A stretch of 64,000 bases of DNA. Origin: Candidatus Latescibacterota bacterium. GTDB taxonomy: Bacteria > Krumholzibacteriota > Krumholzibacteriia > WVZY01. Shown here piece by piece: positions 12,201-22,034 of the stretch. The notes beneath the pieces are model-generated. The model had not been told where the DNA came from and searched no databases. It saw nothing but the letters and a program-made list of their open reading frames with translations. The stretch lies in assembly GCA_963791045.1 (NCBI GenBank), contig CAWBQK010000010.1, forward strand, positions 32,001-96,000. Direction: 5' to 3'. The translations under genes were made by a program, and so were the position numbers. Numbering within the stretch: the stretch's first letter is position 1; each line of letters opens with the position of its first letter.

Positions 12201-15188
12201 AGATTTCCCGTCCCGTCAACCGCCTCGACAAGAAACGAAAACGTCTGACCGGCGTTCTGGGGGTCGGGCGTCGGTCCCGTGATCCGCAGAAGCGTCGCCT
12301 GTCCAACAACACTCGTGAACGTGACCGGGCTCACCGCGGCGGTGGCCTGATCGCCAAAGGCATCGATCGTATCTGACTGACCCGCGGTGGCCGGCGCCTC
12401 ATAGAGCACCGATATCTGGCCATTCGAATCGGTCAAACCGTTTTGGAGCGTAGGGCCGCCACTGGTCGGGTTGGTCGATCCGGGGTCGGATTTGAGAGAA
12501 CCCTGGGCAATATCGGAAATAAAAATCGAGACCTGTTTGTTCGGAACCGCGTTTCCATACGTATCAACGAGCGTCGCCTCGACGGGCGGAGCATCCGTCT
12601 CGACGGTGACATTCTGGCTCGCGGGGGTGAGCGTGATCTGGGTTCCCGCCCCCGGCGTACCCGTCGCACCGAATAGCACATCGACGGCAGGCGAACCGGT
12701 CAAATAAGCGGTCGCCGTATTGGAGCCGGTCGTCGTGCCCAGTCGCCAATCCTGGCAGGTTGCTTCACCCAGAATGTTCGTCGTCGCCTCGTTCTCGACG
12801 GGGCCGCCCGAAATGACATCGATTAAACCGCCGCCCGACACGACTTCAAACGTCACCGACGCGCCGTCGACGAGGTTGTCGTAGTCATCCTTGACACGGA
12901 CGACGAGATCGTTCGCGACGAACTGGTTGACCACGGCGGCTTGAGTGTTACCCGAGACGATTTCGATTTGCTTCTCCGGACCATTGTCGACGACGATGGA
13001 CCCCGAATTGTCCGACACGGGACCACTCTCCGCACCGAGCGTAATCGTCTCCTTTTTGAAGACCGTCACGTTCAAGACAGCGTTCCCGCCATCGAGCGGA
13101 TCGAATGTGTAGAATTTGCCGCCGCCATCCAGTCCAATTGTCCCCGACCCCGAACCTTCGGACCAGTTCCCCTCCGTCCCCGTCGTCGTTGTCGACACGT
13201 AGACTTTTCCCGCGTAATCGGTAATCACGTTTTCTTCCGCATCCCGGGCCTCGAGCGTCACCGGCTCGGGCGTTCCCGCCACGGCGTTCCCATCCACCGT
13301 CCACACAAACGTCGCCACCGCACCCGGCGTAAAATCGATCTCGACCGTGCCGGTGATCGGCGTTCCGTCGATCGTCGCGCTTACAGTCCTCGGACCGGTC
13401 GTCGTGCTCGCGAGGCGGCCCGTCGTCGTCCCGTCGACGCCGGTCAGCGTGGTCGGCTGCGTGAGAATCGCGCCGTCACCCGGCGGGTTGATCGAAAGCA
13501 CAACGAGCGCGCCTTCGATCAAGTTGTCGAATTCGTCTTTTGCCGTGATTGTGATGATGCTCTCGTCGGAGCCGTTCGCTTCGACCGAAAGCGGATTGGC
13601 CGCAATCTCGCTCAAATCCGGGTCCGCCGCGCCCGCGATGAACGCAACCGTCGCGCTGTCCGCGATCTCCACACCGTTCGCCGTTGCTCCCACCTTGACC
13701 ATCTCGGCCTTTGTGTTCCGTACAATTCCCTGGGCCTGGCCCGTCGGATCCGTCGGAGCCGGCGGGTTCACGGGGAGCGCACTTCCCGTCACACCGAGCG
13801 ACACGCTGGCGCCGGATACAGGGTTTCCGAATTCATCCCTCACGATCACGCTTACGGGGCTTTGATCAACGCCGTCCGCGACCGCTTCCGGATCGGTCGT
13901 CATGACCGTGGACATAGTCGAATGGACGGAGGCCGCATCGACCATCACGGTCGTCGTGCCGCTCAAGCCCGGCAGGAGTCCGTCGTCGGTGAGCATGATC
14001 ACGCGATGCGGCTCGTTCGCGTTCGTGTCCGTATTACGGTAGTCGATCACGGCGGTCTGGTCACCCGTATTCATCTGCAGAACCGCAACCGGGGTCGTGT
14101 GATCCGACGGAAGATAAAACTGACCCGAGGAAGACTCTTCCGGAGCGGGCGAAATTTCGGAAGCGTCTGCGGTGGGGGATGACGACAACAGGACCTGGCG
14201 GTTCTGCGTCAGGTTCGTTGGATTTCCATAGGCATCGACGACATCGATCGTGTAGGACAAAAATTGTCCCGCCGTGAATGTTGCGCCGTTGGGAGAAAGG
14301 ATGAGTCTTGCCGGCGGCCCCGGAATTACCGACTGCATCTGGGTCGCGTCTCCCCAGGATTGACCATTCGCTGAAGCGGTCAGGACGGGAGAACCCGGGA
14401 TCGTATCCGCATAGAAAAACGACACACCCGAAACCCCTGCCGGCATCAAAACACTGGTGATCGGCGCGCCTTCGCTCGTCGCGGCAAAAGAACCTGTTCC
14501 CGATGTCGACGAGAGGTCGATCCACTGACCGCTCGCCATTTCGCTCACGTTTCCATACACATCGCGGGCTTCAACGTAGATCGGTCCGCCCTCGCCGGTT
14601 GTCGCAAACACAAAGGCCGTGCTTGTAAACACGAGTTCGACGGCCGGCCCGCCTTTGAGATTGATCGTCGGCATATCGTTAATCGGAGACACCGCGACGC
14701 CCGTCGGGTCGCTTTCCACAACAAACGCGACCGCTGGATTTGCCGCCGTTGGCGGGGTAACGCGTGCACCCGGATTGGCGCCGCCACTGTCGTCGCCATA
14801 GACGATGGTGATAAGTTTGGGTTCGGGAAGGTCGTCGATGCCGATTGTCAAAATCTGCCCGGAAACCGACGGAGTCAATACGGCGCCGTGATCGCTGCTG
14901 ACGGTGACATAACCCGTTGAGGCGGGGTTTGTGACCTGTGGTGGCGCCCAACCGGCGGGAAACGTTACGGCAATGGTCCCGTTCGTGAAGTTATCGTCGG
15001 GATCATAAACAATCGTCCACGTCCCCGGCGTGATCAACAACGCCCGAGTCCGGCGTTATTGTCGCATCGCCGCTCCCGGGCCCGATCAATCCCGCGATCG
15101 CGGGCGCCGTGTTGCCGAGGAGAAAGAATGCAAAGGGGATAAGTATCAACAAACCGCGTAGTGGTCTAATAGCACGCAATTGAATCAC
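9290..15188 (-). CDS. N-terminal part of the giant invasin/intimin-like (Big_1) Ig-repeat surface protein
   Basis: 1916-aa ORF 9290..15040 with many DxYGN/DxFGN repeats (ADGVDQSPVSVIVRDEFGNPVSGASV). The signal peptide (LRGLLILIPFAFFLLGNTAPAIA) lies in a shifted frame at ~15040-15188, with a probable GTG start at 15188. Confidence 0.8.
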
Positions 15189-15233
15189 CGTATTGGTTAC
15201 AGGCCTTCGATTCCAATTACAAATCGGATGGAG

Positions 15234-15242
15234 ATTATAGCA
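15234..15242 (-). promoter_or_regulatory. Extended -10 promoter element (TGcTATAAT) for the giant adhesin operon
   Basis: Minus strand reads TGCTATAAT about 45 nt upstream of the predicted start. Confidence 0.5.
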
Positions 15243-15601
15243 CGAACCCGTCAACAAGCTGCAAAATGCGTGCCTTAGTTCCGGGTGGGCGCCGAGCAGG
15301 ACTTTCTCGCGCAAAATCAACGGGTTCCGTCGCCGATCGACCCCGATTTTGCACGATCGGGCCGTTTATCCGGGTGTAATCCCCCAACCGATAGCGAAAT
15401 TGCAATGAAAACGGGAAGTTAGACCCACCGGGGCCCCCTGGATCGGGCAAACCCGACCCGCGGGCTAGCATAACCCTAACCTATTGGCAAAAAATATTTT
15501 ACGCTGGAATTATTCTTGCGGATTCTGTCAGCCGGAACCCCATCCCTGAGATAGCCGGACGAGAAACAATCCCGTGACGCGTAACATGTTGATATATAAT
15601 A

Positions 15602-15985
15602 CTATCGAGGCCGAACCCGAACGACCGAGTTTTCCCCGGAGAAACCGTCTTCGACCGTCTCCGGATTGCTCGGATCCGATGTCCATTCGGTGCCGTTCAC
15701 AACGAATTTGTACTCGTAGACCCCTGGGGGGAGGTTGTAGTACAACGTCCATTGTCCATCGCCATTCTCGTCGACCATCGGGTCGGCGGTTGGTGACCAG
15801 TTGTTGAAATCGCCGACGATATAGACCTTTTTTGCATCCTGGTCGAAATACCGGAAAATCACTCCGTCCTCGACGATTTCAGGGCCCGCACCAATGCCCC
15901 CACCTTTCGAGCCGCCGAAGCAACCGGCGAGCGCAAAAGACAGGAATACAACGCCAAACACCAATCTCGTATGTTTAATACTCAT
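15602..15985 (-). CDS. Glycogen-binding (CBM48/AMPK1_CBM) domain lipoprotein
   Basis: MSIKHTRLVFGVVFLSFALAGC lipobox; AKKVYIVGDFNNWS...LPPGVYEYKFVVNGTEWTSDP is a CBM48 signature. Confidence 0.85.
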   Translation of the reverse strand: MSIKHTRLVFGVVFLSFALAGCFGGSKGGGIGAGPEIVEDGVIFRYFDQDAKKVYIVGDFNNWSPTADPMVDENGDGQWTLYYNLPPGVYEYKFVVNGTEWTSDPSNPETVEDGFSGENSVVRVRPR

Positions 15986-15992
15986 AAGTAGT

Positions 15993-16433
15993 TTACCGGA
16001 TTTCCAGCCGGTCGCTGTCGGAGTACAAAATGACCTGCGAACACGTGCCTGTCGGGCCACCGGATACCTCTTCAGGCACCCCCGGATCAAGATGCCACGT
16101 GTTTTCGTCCACCCAAAACAAATATTTGTACCGCCCTGCCGGCAACGCAACGGATATTTCCCAGATACCGTCGCTATCCTCATCCTTCATCAAACCGATA
16201 TTGGCCTCCCCGGCGCTGCCGTCTCCTCTCGCCCAGTTATTCTCGGGCCAGTTACCGGCGAGCTGAACCCTTCGCGCCGACGGAGAGTAGAACCGGAATA
16301 CGATTTCACCCTCCTTGACGGCGGGTCCCGCGCTCAGACTTCGGGGGGCGATATATCCGCAACCGGCCATCGTGCAGATCAGCACGGCGGCGATGATCAA
16401 ACCTGTTATTGCCCGTATACGGAGCATCATCAT
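15993..16433 (-). CDS. Glycogen-binding (CBM48/AMPK1_CBM) domain lipoprotein
   Basis: MAGC lipobox; ARRVQLAGNW..NNW...LPAGRYKYLFWVDENTWHLDP. Confidence 0.8.
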   Translation of the reverse strand: MMMLRIRAITGLIIAAVLICTMAGCGYIAPRSLSAGPAVKEGEIVFRFYSPSARRVQLAGNWPENNWARGDGSAGEANIGLMKDEDSDGIWEISVALPAGRYKYLFWVDENTWHLDPGVPEEVSGGPTGTCSQVILYSDSDRLEIR

Positions 16434-16443
16434 TCGGATTGTC

Positions 16444-18477
16444 CTAGAAGAACACGATCACTTCAAGTTTTAACACCCTGTTGTCCTGAAGGGATTCCTC
16501 CTGGCGGTGAATTCCCTCGCCCAGAACCGCCGCGTCGGCACGTCCCACCCCCACAGGAATCGCCTGACGAAGATGTTCAAGACGGCCGATATCGGAATAC
16601 TCGTTGATCACCGGATCGAGTACCACGGGATCGAACCCAAACCCCACACTTGCTTCCACCCAGTCCCTCCGGTACCCGGCTTCAAGGTAGAGCGAATAAA
16701 ATGTTTTGTTGAGCGACCACGAGTCTTTGTCGTAAACGGCAATTCGCGAGTCGAGCTGACCGTAGATATATTTGTAGATCCGATGATCCACCACCGCCCG
16801 GAGATCCGCGTATTCGACACCACCAAAAAATTCCCGCATCACCAGTGCGCCGCTCGCAAATACGGAGGTCCGCGCCGCGTCGGGAATTCGCGACAACCGC
16901 GACAACACGCGCTCGTTCCATACAAACGCGCCCCCAAACTGGGTGCTTCGCGGGTTATCGAACACGACCATATTCTCCACGGTCAATTTGTCGCGGTAGT
17001 CGAGCCAGAAGTTTCTCGCGGGCGTGAAGAAGTGGAAATCATCGGGCGTGGCGCCGTAGTCCTGATCGAGATATCCAAGTCTCGCTGTTGCTTTCCATTC
17101 GTCCGCGCCATACTCGAGGTCAACGCCCGTCGTTTGAATCGTTGCATCCGCGGGCTCGTACAAACCCGCTTTAAATTCGAAACGGCTCCACGAGTAATAC
17201 GCGCGCGCCGTCCACCGCGATTTTTCGTATTCGAGCGCTCCATGCCAGCGCTTGCTCGTCTGCATTGGAATCTTCTTGTCCGACGGGTCGGTATTTTGAC
17301 CGACCGAAATGTCACTACCCGAAACGGAAACCGGGTATGTCGACACCGCGTCGGTCCGGACATCGGCCGTCGCCCTTCCCAGCCCAGCAACGGCGGCGAG
17401 ATGCGACAAAAACCTCCAACGGAGCCACACTACGTCGGCGCCCCAGAATTCACGCGTTGTGTATGCCGTCGCCACGCCACCCGAATCGCCTTGTTCAACC
17501 GAGGCCAGTGTCCCCGGTTGAAATCCCTGGTTACCGCGTTTGACATATCCGAGCTTGAAACTCCCCAGGTCGGCAAATACTTCGAACCCCCACGTATCCA
17601 TCCCGCCAAATGTATTTTCGTAACCGTACACCGGCTTATCGCTCTCGCCCGCCAACTCTGTCGAATCGACGGCAACGGGCGGACCGGGACGCGTGCCGAT
17701 CTTGTCGGTGTAGAGCGCGCTGAATTCGACGTTCAACGGGAGCGGCAGCACCGCGGCGACACCGTGGCGTTCGTATCCGGCGTTGTAATCGAACACGCCG
17801 ACTTTTCCAAAAAGGTTAAACGGGTCGGACGATGTCCAGGTGGTGTCGTTTTCGAACCCCCTCACAACCTTGTCGTCAAAATGGAGGTCGATGAACCCGC
17901 GATCGAAATCGACCTGCGCTTTCAATGGCGAGAGACTCCACGAATCGTTCAACGTCTTGAAGTCGACGCTCGCGTCAATCCGCTTGCTCGAATGTTTAAA
18001 TATAAAATCGATCCGCTGGTCGGAACTGGTAGCACCGTCATCGAGCAAAAACGCCCCCGCATACCGAAGGTGCGGTTGAAGCACCGCGACGACTTCTTTC
18101 TCTACCTCCTCGGTCGACCCGAACGCAAGCATCCCACCCCGCTCTTCGAGAACCAGCACGGATCCCTTGGCCGCGTCCACCGGCGGGTTGTCGGGATCCA
18201 CGACCCACTCCCCATCGACCACAAACTTGTAACGGTAGGTTCCCGCGAGAAGAAACAGATACACCGAGTACTTTCCGTCGACCACTTCCATTTTTTCCAG
18301 CGTGGGGTTCCAATTGTTGAAATCCCCAACAAGGAAGACGTTCTTCGCTTGGGGCGCATCGAGCGTGAAAATAACTTCATCATCGACAATACGAACCGCC
18401 GCTCCGGACGTGCCGGCAATCATAACCGCCGCGAGCACGCAGACGATGAGGCATATGCAACCGGGCCGCTTTCTCAA
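16444..18477 (-). CDS. CBM48 domain fused to a putative outer-membrane beta-barrel
   Basis: Signal peptide; AKNVFLVGDFNNWN...GTYRYKFVVDGEWVVDP (CBM48); then ~550 aa of aromatic-rich amphipathic strands with a C-terminal Phe (LKLEVIVFF). Confidence 0.75.
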   Translation of the reverse strand: MRKRPGCICLIVCVLAAVMIAGTSGAAVRIVDDEVIFTLDAPQAKNVFLVGDFNNWNPTLEKMEVVDGKYSVYLFLLAGTYRYKFVVDGEWVVDPDNPPVDAAKGSVLVLEERGGMLAFGSTEEVEKEVVAVLQPHLRYAGAFLLDDGATSSDQRIDFIFKHSSKRIDASVDFKTLNDSWSLSPLKAQVDFDRGFIDLHFDDKVVRGFENDTTWTSSDPFNLFGKVGVFDYNAGYERHGVAAVLPLPLNVEFSALYTDKIGTRPGPPVAVDSTELAGESDKPVYGYENTFGGMDTWGFEVFADLGSFKLGYVKRGNQGFQPGTLASVEQGDSGGVATAYTTREFWGADVVWLRWRFLSHLAAVAGLGRATADVRTDAVSTYPVSVSGSDISVGQNTDPSDKKIPMQTSKRWHGALEYEKSRWTARAYYSWSRFEFKAGLYEPADATIQTTGVDLEYGADEWKATARLGYLDQDYGATPDDFHFFTPARNFWLDYRDKLTVENMVVFDNPRSTQFGGAFVWNERVLSRLSRIPDAARTSVFASGALVMREFFGGVEYADLRAVVDHRIYKYIYGQLDSRIAVYDKDSWSLNKTFYSLYLEAGYRRDWVEASVGFGFDPVVLDPVINEYSDIGRLEHLRQAIPVGVGRADAAVLGEGIHRQEESLQDNRVLKLEVIVFF

Positions 18478-19967
18478 AAATCACCCCGGAGTGTAATAAC
18501 CCACTGCGAAGACCCCGAACGGAGCACGCCAAGATCCCGGTCCTCGAGAACGAACGGATCATCCCCGAAGTACGAGCGTCCATACCCGACGTACGCAAAT
18601 ATGCGGTTGCTTGGCCGGTACTCGAGACGGAAGAACGTCGCCTGAGAGACTGTAAAATCCCGACTGAGAAGAAACCGCCAGTGCAGTCCCCAATCCGGCG
18701 TAATGACCATCTTGCCGTCCCACGCAAACAACCGTTCGGAATAAACCGTGTCGAGATCCTTCCACATGATATGGGCGCCGGTATGAAGTTTCTTAATCCG
18801 GTAACGCACGGCGCCGTGAACGTAGTTCTTTTTGGTTTCGATGGGCTGTTCATCGATCCGCCCCACACCCCCCCTGAGGAAACATTCCATCCCGTTCTTC
18901 AGAGCCGTCCATGCGCCCGCTTCGACAAAATCTCTCTCTTCGTTTTCGAGCACGCTGCGGGCGCTCTTGTGATAGAGAAGGCGTCCGCTGACACTCACAT
19001 CGGTGGCGAGAAAATATGCCGCCGCCGTTTGCCCGACCTGCGACCCTCCCGGCATACCCAGGTCGCTCACAAACTCTTCGCCAACGGCCTCATACTTCCA
19101 AACGACACCCAGTCGCCCGGCATCGGTTACGGGTATCGATCTCAACCTGACTTCGGCAAACGCCGCGCCGCCGCGCGGGAGAACCTGGCTGAAGTTGGTG
19201 CCGTCGTACGCGCCCCAATCGAACGATCCACCGGGGAGAAAGAACCCCGAATCCTCGTATCCGGATTGTTGATATGACACCGAGACAAACGCGAGTTTCC
19301 ACGCCGAACTCAGCTCCGTCTTGATCAACGCGTGGTTAAGCGGACCATGAACACCGGGGTCATCCATAAGATACGACGCAGAGAACGATGCGAGTCTGTG
19401 CGAGTAGAGAGCCTTCAGATAAGAGGCGCTCCGCGCGTCGCCCGGATCGTCTCCAAAAAGAGAGTACAAACCGGTGATGTCGAAACCGGACCGGGTCTTT
19501 ATATCGACACGCGCACCGCGGTTGTCTCCCGATTCTCCCGCCCGGTCATCGTCGATAAGGGGCGTTGTAAAATCGCAAACAAAGAATCGCCGCTCGTTGG
19601 CGAAGAGGCGGATTCCGTAGTCCCACGTCTCGAGCTTCTGGCTCCACAGATAGTCGCCCTGTTCAAATCGAAATCGTTTTTGGGTGTCGTTGTCGCCCAC
19701 AAATCCCCAGTAACCTGCCCCCTTGAGATACAGGCTGCCGTAACGGGTTTCGAGCGCCTTGAGATCGAGCATCAAACGAGTCCGGTCGATCGCCGCCTGG
19801 GTGGTGGCGTTCCACGGATACGGGTTCGACTGTTCATCGAGTAACAGCTGATACTCGAACCGGCCGCCGAACTCAACATTTCCTAAACGCGCGGCCTCCT
19901 GCGCGCGGACGGCCGGCGGCGCGAGCGCGACGAGGAGAACCAGTATGGAGATACCCCTCCTTACCAC
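18474..19967 (-). CDS. Putative outer-membrane beta-barrel protein, hypothetical
   Basis: Signal peptide (AVRA-Q), amphipathic beta strands, BAM-type C-terminus WVITLRGDF. Confidence 0.7.
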   Translation of the reverse strand: MVRRGISILVLLVALAPPAVRAQEAARLGNVEFGGRFEYQLLLDEQSNPYPWNATTQAAIDRTRLMLDLKALETRYGSLYLKGAGYWGFVGDNDTQKRFRFEQGDYLWSQKLETWDYGIRLFANERRFFVCDFTTPLIDDDRAGESGDNRGARVDIKTRSGFDITGLYSLFGDDPGDARSASYLKALYSHRLASFSASYLMDDPGVHGPLNHALIKTELSSAWKLAFVSVSYQQSGYEDSGFFLPGGSFDWGAYDGTNFSQVLPRGGAAFAEVRLRSIPVTDAGRLGVVWKYEAVGEEFVSDLGMPGGSQVGQTAAAYFLATDVSVSGRLLYHKSARSVLENEERDFVEAGAWTALKNGMECFLRGGVGRIDEQPIETKKNYVHGAVRYRIKKLHTGAHIMWKDLDTVYSERLFAWDGKMVITPDWGLHWRFLLSRDFTVSQATFFRLEYRPSNRIFAYVGYGRSYFGDDPFVLEDRDLGVLRSGSSQWVITLRGDF

Positions 19968-20869
19968 TCGCCCACCCCCTCTTCATCCAATTCCGGAAGC
20001 GATATCCCCACCGAAAAAAGATAGCTCAGCCCGAGCATGTCGTGCGATACGACACCGGCGTCGATTACAACGTTGGACACCTTGAGACCGATTCCGCCGG
20101 TGACGCTACCTTCGCGAAGACCGGACCGCAATCGCAGGAGCTTCCCCGCCTTGACTTCGATACCCAAGAGGTCACGCCACTTGCCGTCCTGTCCACGCTC
20201 GCGTTCATACACCATCGATACACGCCGGTCCCAATGATACGCGACGCCGATCGCGTGGACCATTTCGAGACTCGTCGGGCCGGCCCACGAGCCGCCTTCA
20301 CGTCCGTTGAGGGCGAAATCAAACTCGGGCTCACCGATGTTGCGAACCGTGTACCCGAAACCGATGACGGGAAAGGGCCGCAGGAGAACGGACAACACTC
20401 CGGAGACGGCGGTTTTCGAATCGGCTACACCGGGGTACGCGACATGGGTGACATCGATTGCGCCGCCAACCGAGAGCGAGGCGTCCTGCGACGTCCGTAT
20501 CAGATCGCGGCCGTAGGCCAGCGAAAAAAGGTCTTCGGAAGTTACTTCGGAGAGAGAGAATCGATGCCACGACAAACCAAACGCGCCGATTTTTGTCGGT
20601 ATCACGCCGGCGAGAAAATACTCGTTCAGGTCGGTCAATCCGTATGGCTGGGAAATTGTCGAGAGAACGCTCGCCGTCGGGATTTGCGTCAACCCCGCAG
20701 GGTTGTAGATGACGGCGCTCGCATCGTCCGCCACGCTGACAAACGCGCCGCCCATTGAGAACGCGCGGGAGGAAACATAGAGACGCTCGAAGTGGGCATC
20801 GGCCGTCACCGGCACGAGCACAGCCGCAAGGATAATCAGAAGAATGGTTGATCGCCGCCGAATTATCAA
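19961..20869 (-). CDS. PorV/PorQ (UPF0164)-like beta-barrel protein
   Basis: SSRAFSMGGAFVSVADDASAVIYNPAGL N-terminal motif; probable TTG start at 20869 ahead of a signal peptide. Confidence 0.75.
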   Translation of the reverse strand: MIIRRRSTILLIILAAVLVPVTADAHFERLYVSSRAFSMGGAFVSVADDASAVIYNPAGLTQIPTASVLSTISQPYGLTDLNEYFLAGVIPTKIGAFGLSWHRFSLSEVTSEDLFSLAYGRDLIRTSQDASLSVGGAIDVTHVAYPGVADSKTAVSGVLSVLLRPFPVIGFGYTVRNIGEPEFDFALNGREGGSWAGPTSLEMVHAIGVAYHWDRRVSMVYERERGQDGKWRDLLGIEVKAGKLLRLRSGLREGSVTGGIGLKVSNVVIDAGVVSHDMLGLSYLFSVGISLPELDEEGVGEW

Positions 20870-20882
20870 CGTGTCACTCCGT

Positions 20883-22034
20883 TTACCGAATGACCGCAAA
20901 CGATGCCCTGGCCGTATTCTTGATCGAACCGCTTCCCGCTCCCCCGGAGACCGCGATGATATAGACACCGCCGCCGACCGTGTCGCCGCGATCATCTTTG
21001 AAATCCCACTCGATCCCGAACTCGCCTTGCGAAAAATCGACAGGTTGATCGTCGATCAAATTGCGGACGGCATACCCCGCCGATGAAAACACCTTTGCCG
21101 TCACATAGACCGGCTCCGTGTAATCATCCGTATCGAGCACCACCGGAAATGTCGCCGGGACACCGTCCGACGGCGACAGGAGTTTCTTCTCCAGCTGAAT
21201 TCTTAGCGAGAACACCTGTCTCACCGTCGTGTCCTGCGCATCCGCTGATACGGCGTACGTCGCCTCGACCCTCGGCGAGATTCCCATATCGAGGATTCCA
21301 TCCGAATCCGAATCGAGCGGAATTCTTACATGATTGTCGGTGATTGCAACGCGTGTCGAATCGTTCTCGAGGACAATAGAAGGATCGGGTGCGGCGTCAC
21401 CCGCCCCGGTGCTTTCGCCGCCCGTAATGACGGCGAGAACGCCGAGGACCGGCTGCCCGGGCGGAACACGAACCCCCTCGGGCGCACGTTCATAATCGCC
21501 AAGCTGGTCCCACGGTATCGCCACCTCGAGTGCGCCGCCGTTCACCCCATCCTGGACATACATCGACTGGTACTTCCCGTCCTCGATCAGATTGAATGGG
21601 CTGACACAATCGACATAACCCACAACCGGCTCAGGAGACGTCCGGCTTACGCGCAGCAGGAGATTCGGGGACATTCCGCCAAATTCGATATTCCTCCGAA
21701 AATACTCCTGGGTGGCGAGATTCTCGACGCCGCCACAGGACACGTCGAGAAACAACATCAAAGTGCTCGTCATGGTAACGGCGGGTACAGCCACGTATAT
21801 ATTGTAATTATCCCATGTTACGGCAATCGCTTCGACCTCGTTATCGCGTCCCCAACGGGAATCTCCTGGGCGTTCGCGAAACGCCGTCGCCGAGTCGAGC
21901 ACCCACTCGTCATCCTCAAAGTCGACGGGGCTGCCATCGATGATTATGCGGGAACGGAGGTCGGGGGCGGTCGCTCCATAAACCGCCCCTGTGTGGAGGA
22001 GCAAGGCCACAGACAGAAGAATAGCACGAATCAT
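20883..22034 (-). CDS. Secreted protein with a CBM9/DOMON-like carbohydrate-binding domain and a FlgD-Ig-like CTD
   Basis: Signal peptide; IIIDGSPVDF...VTWDNYNIYVAV...LEVAIPW (CBM9-like pattern); C-terminal KVFSSAGYAVRNL...WDFKDDRGDTVGGGVY. Confidence 0.65.
   Translation of the reverse strand: MIRAILLSVALLLHTGAVYGATAPDLRSRIIIDGSPVDFEDDEWVLDSATAFRERPGDSRWGRDNEVEAIAVTWDNYNIYVAVPAVTMTSTLMLFLDVSCGGVENLATQEYFRRNIEFGGMSPNLLLRVSRTSPEPVVGYVDCVSPFNLIEDGKYQSMYVQDGVNGGALEVAIPWDQLGDYERAPEGVRVPPGQPVLGVLAVITGGESTGAGDAAPDPSIVLENDSTRVAITDNHVRIPLDSDSDGILDMGISPRVEATYAVSADAQDTTVRQVFSLRIQLEKKLLSPSDGVPATFPVVLDTDDYTEPVYVTAKVFSSAGYAVRNLIDDQPVDFSQGEFGIEWDFKDDRGDTVGGGVYIIAVSGGAGSGSIKNTARASFAVIR

Noticed and set aside
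15440-15460. GGGCAAACCC hairpin resembling the start of a c-di-GMP-I riboswitch
   Set aside because: It lacks the GNRA loop/receptor and the GCAAAG second stem, and lies on the non-coding strand.
16507-18645. 712-aa plus-strand ORF
   Set aside because: Antisense shadow of the CBM48-barrel gene; Arg/His-rich with no motifs, as expected in GC-rich DNA.
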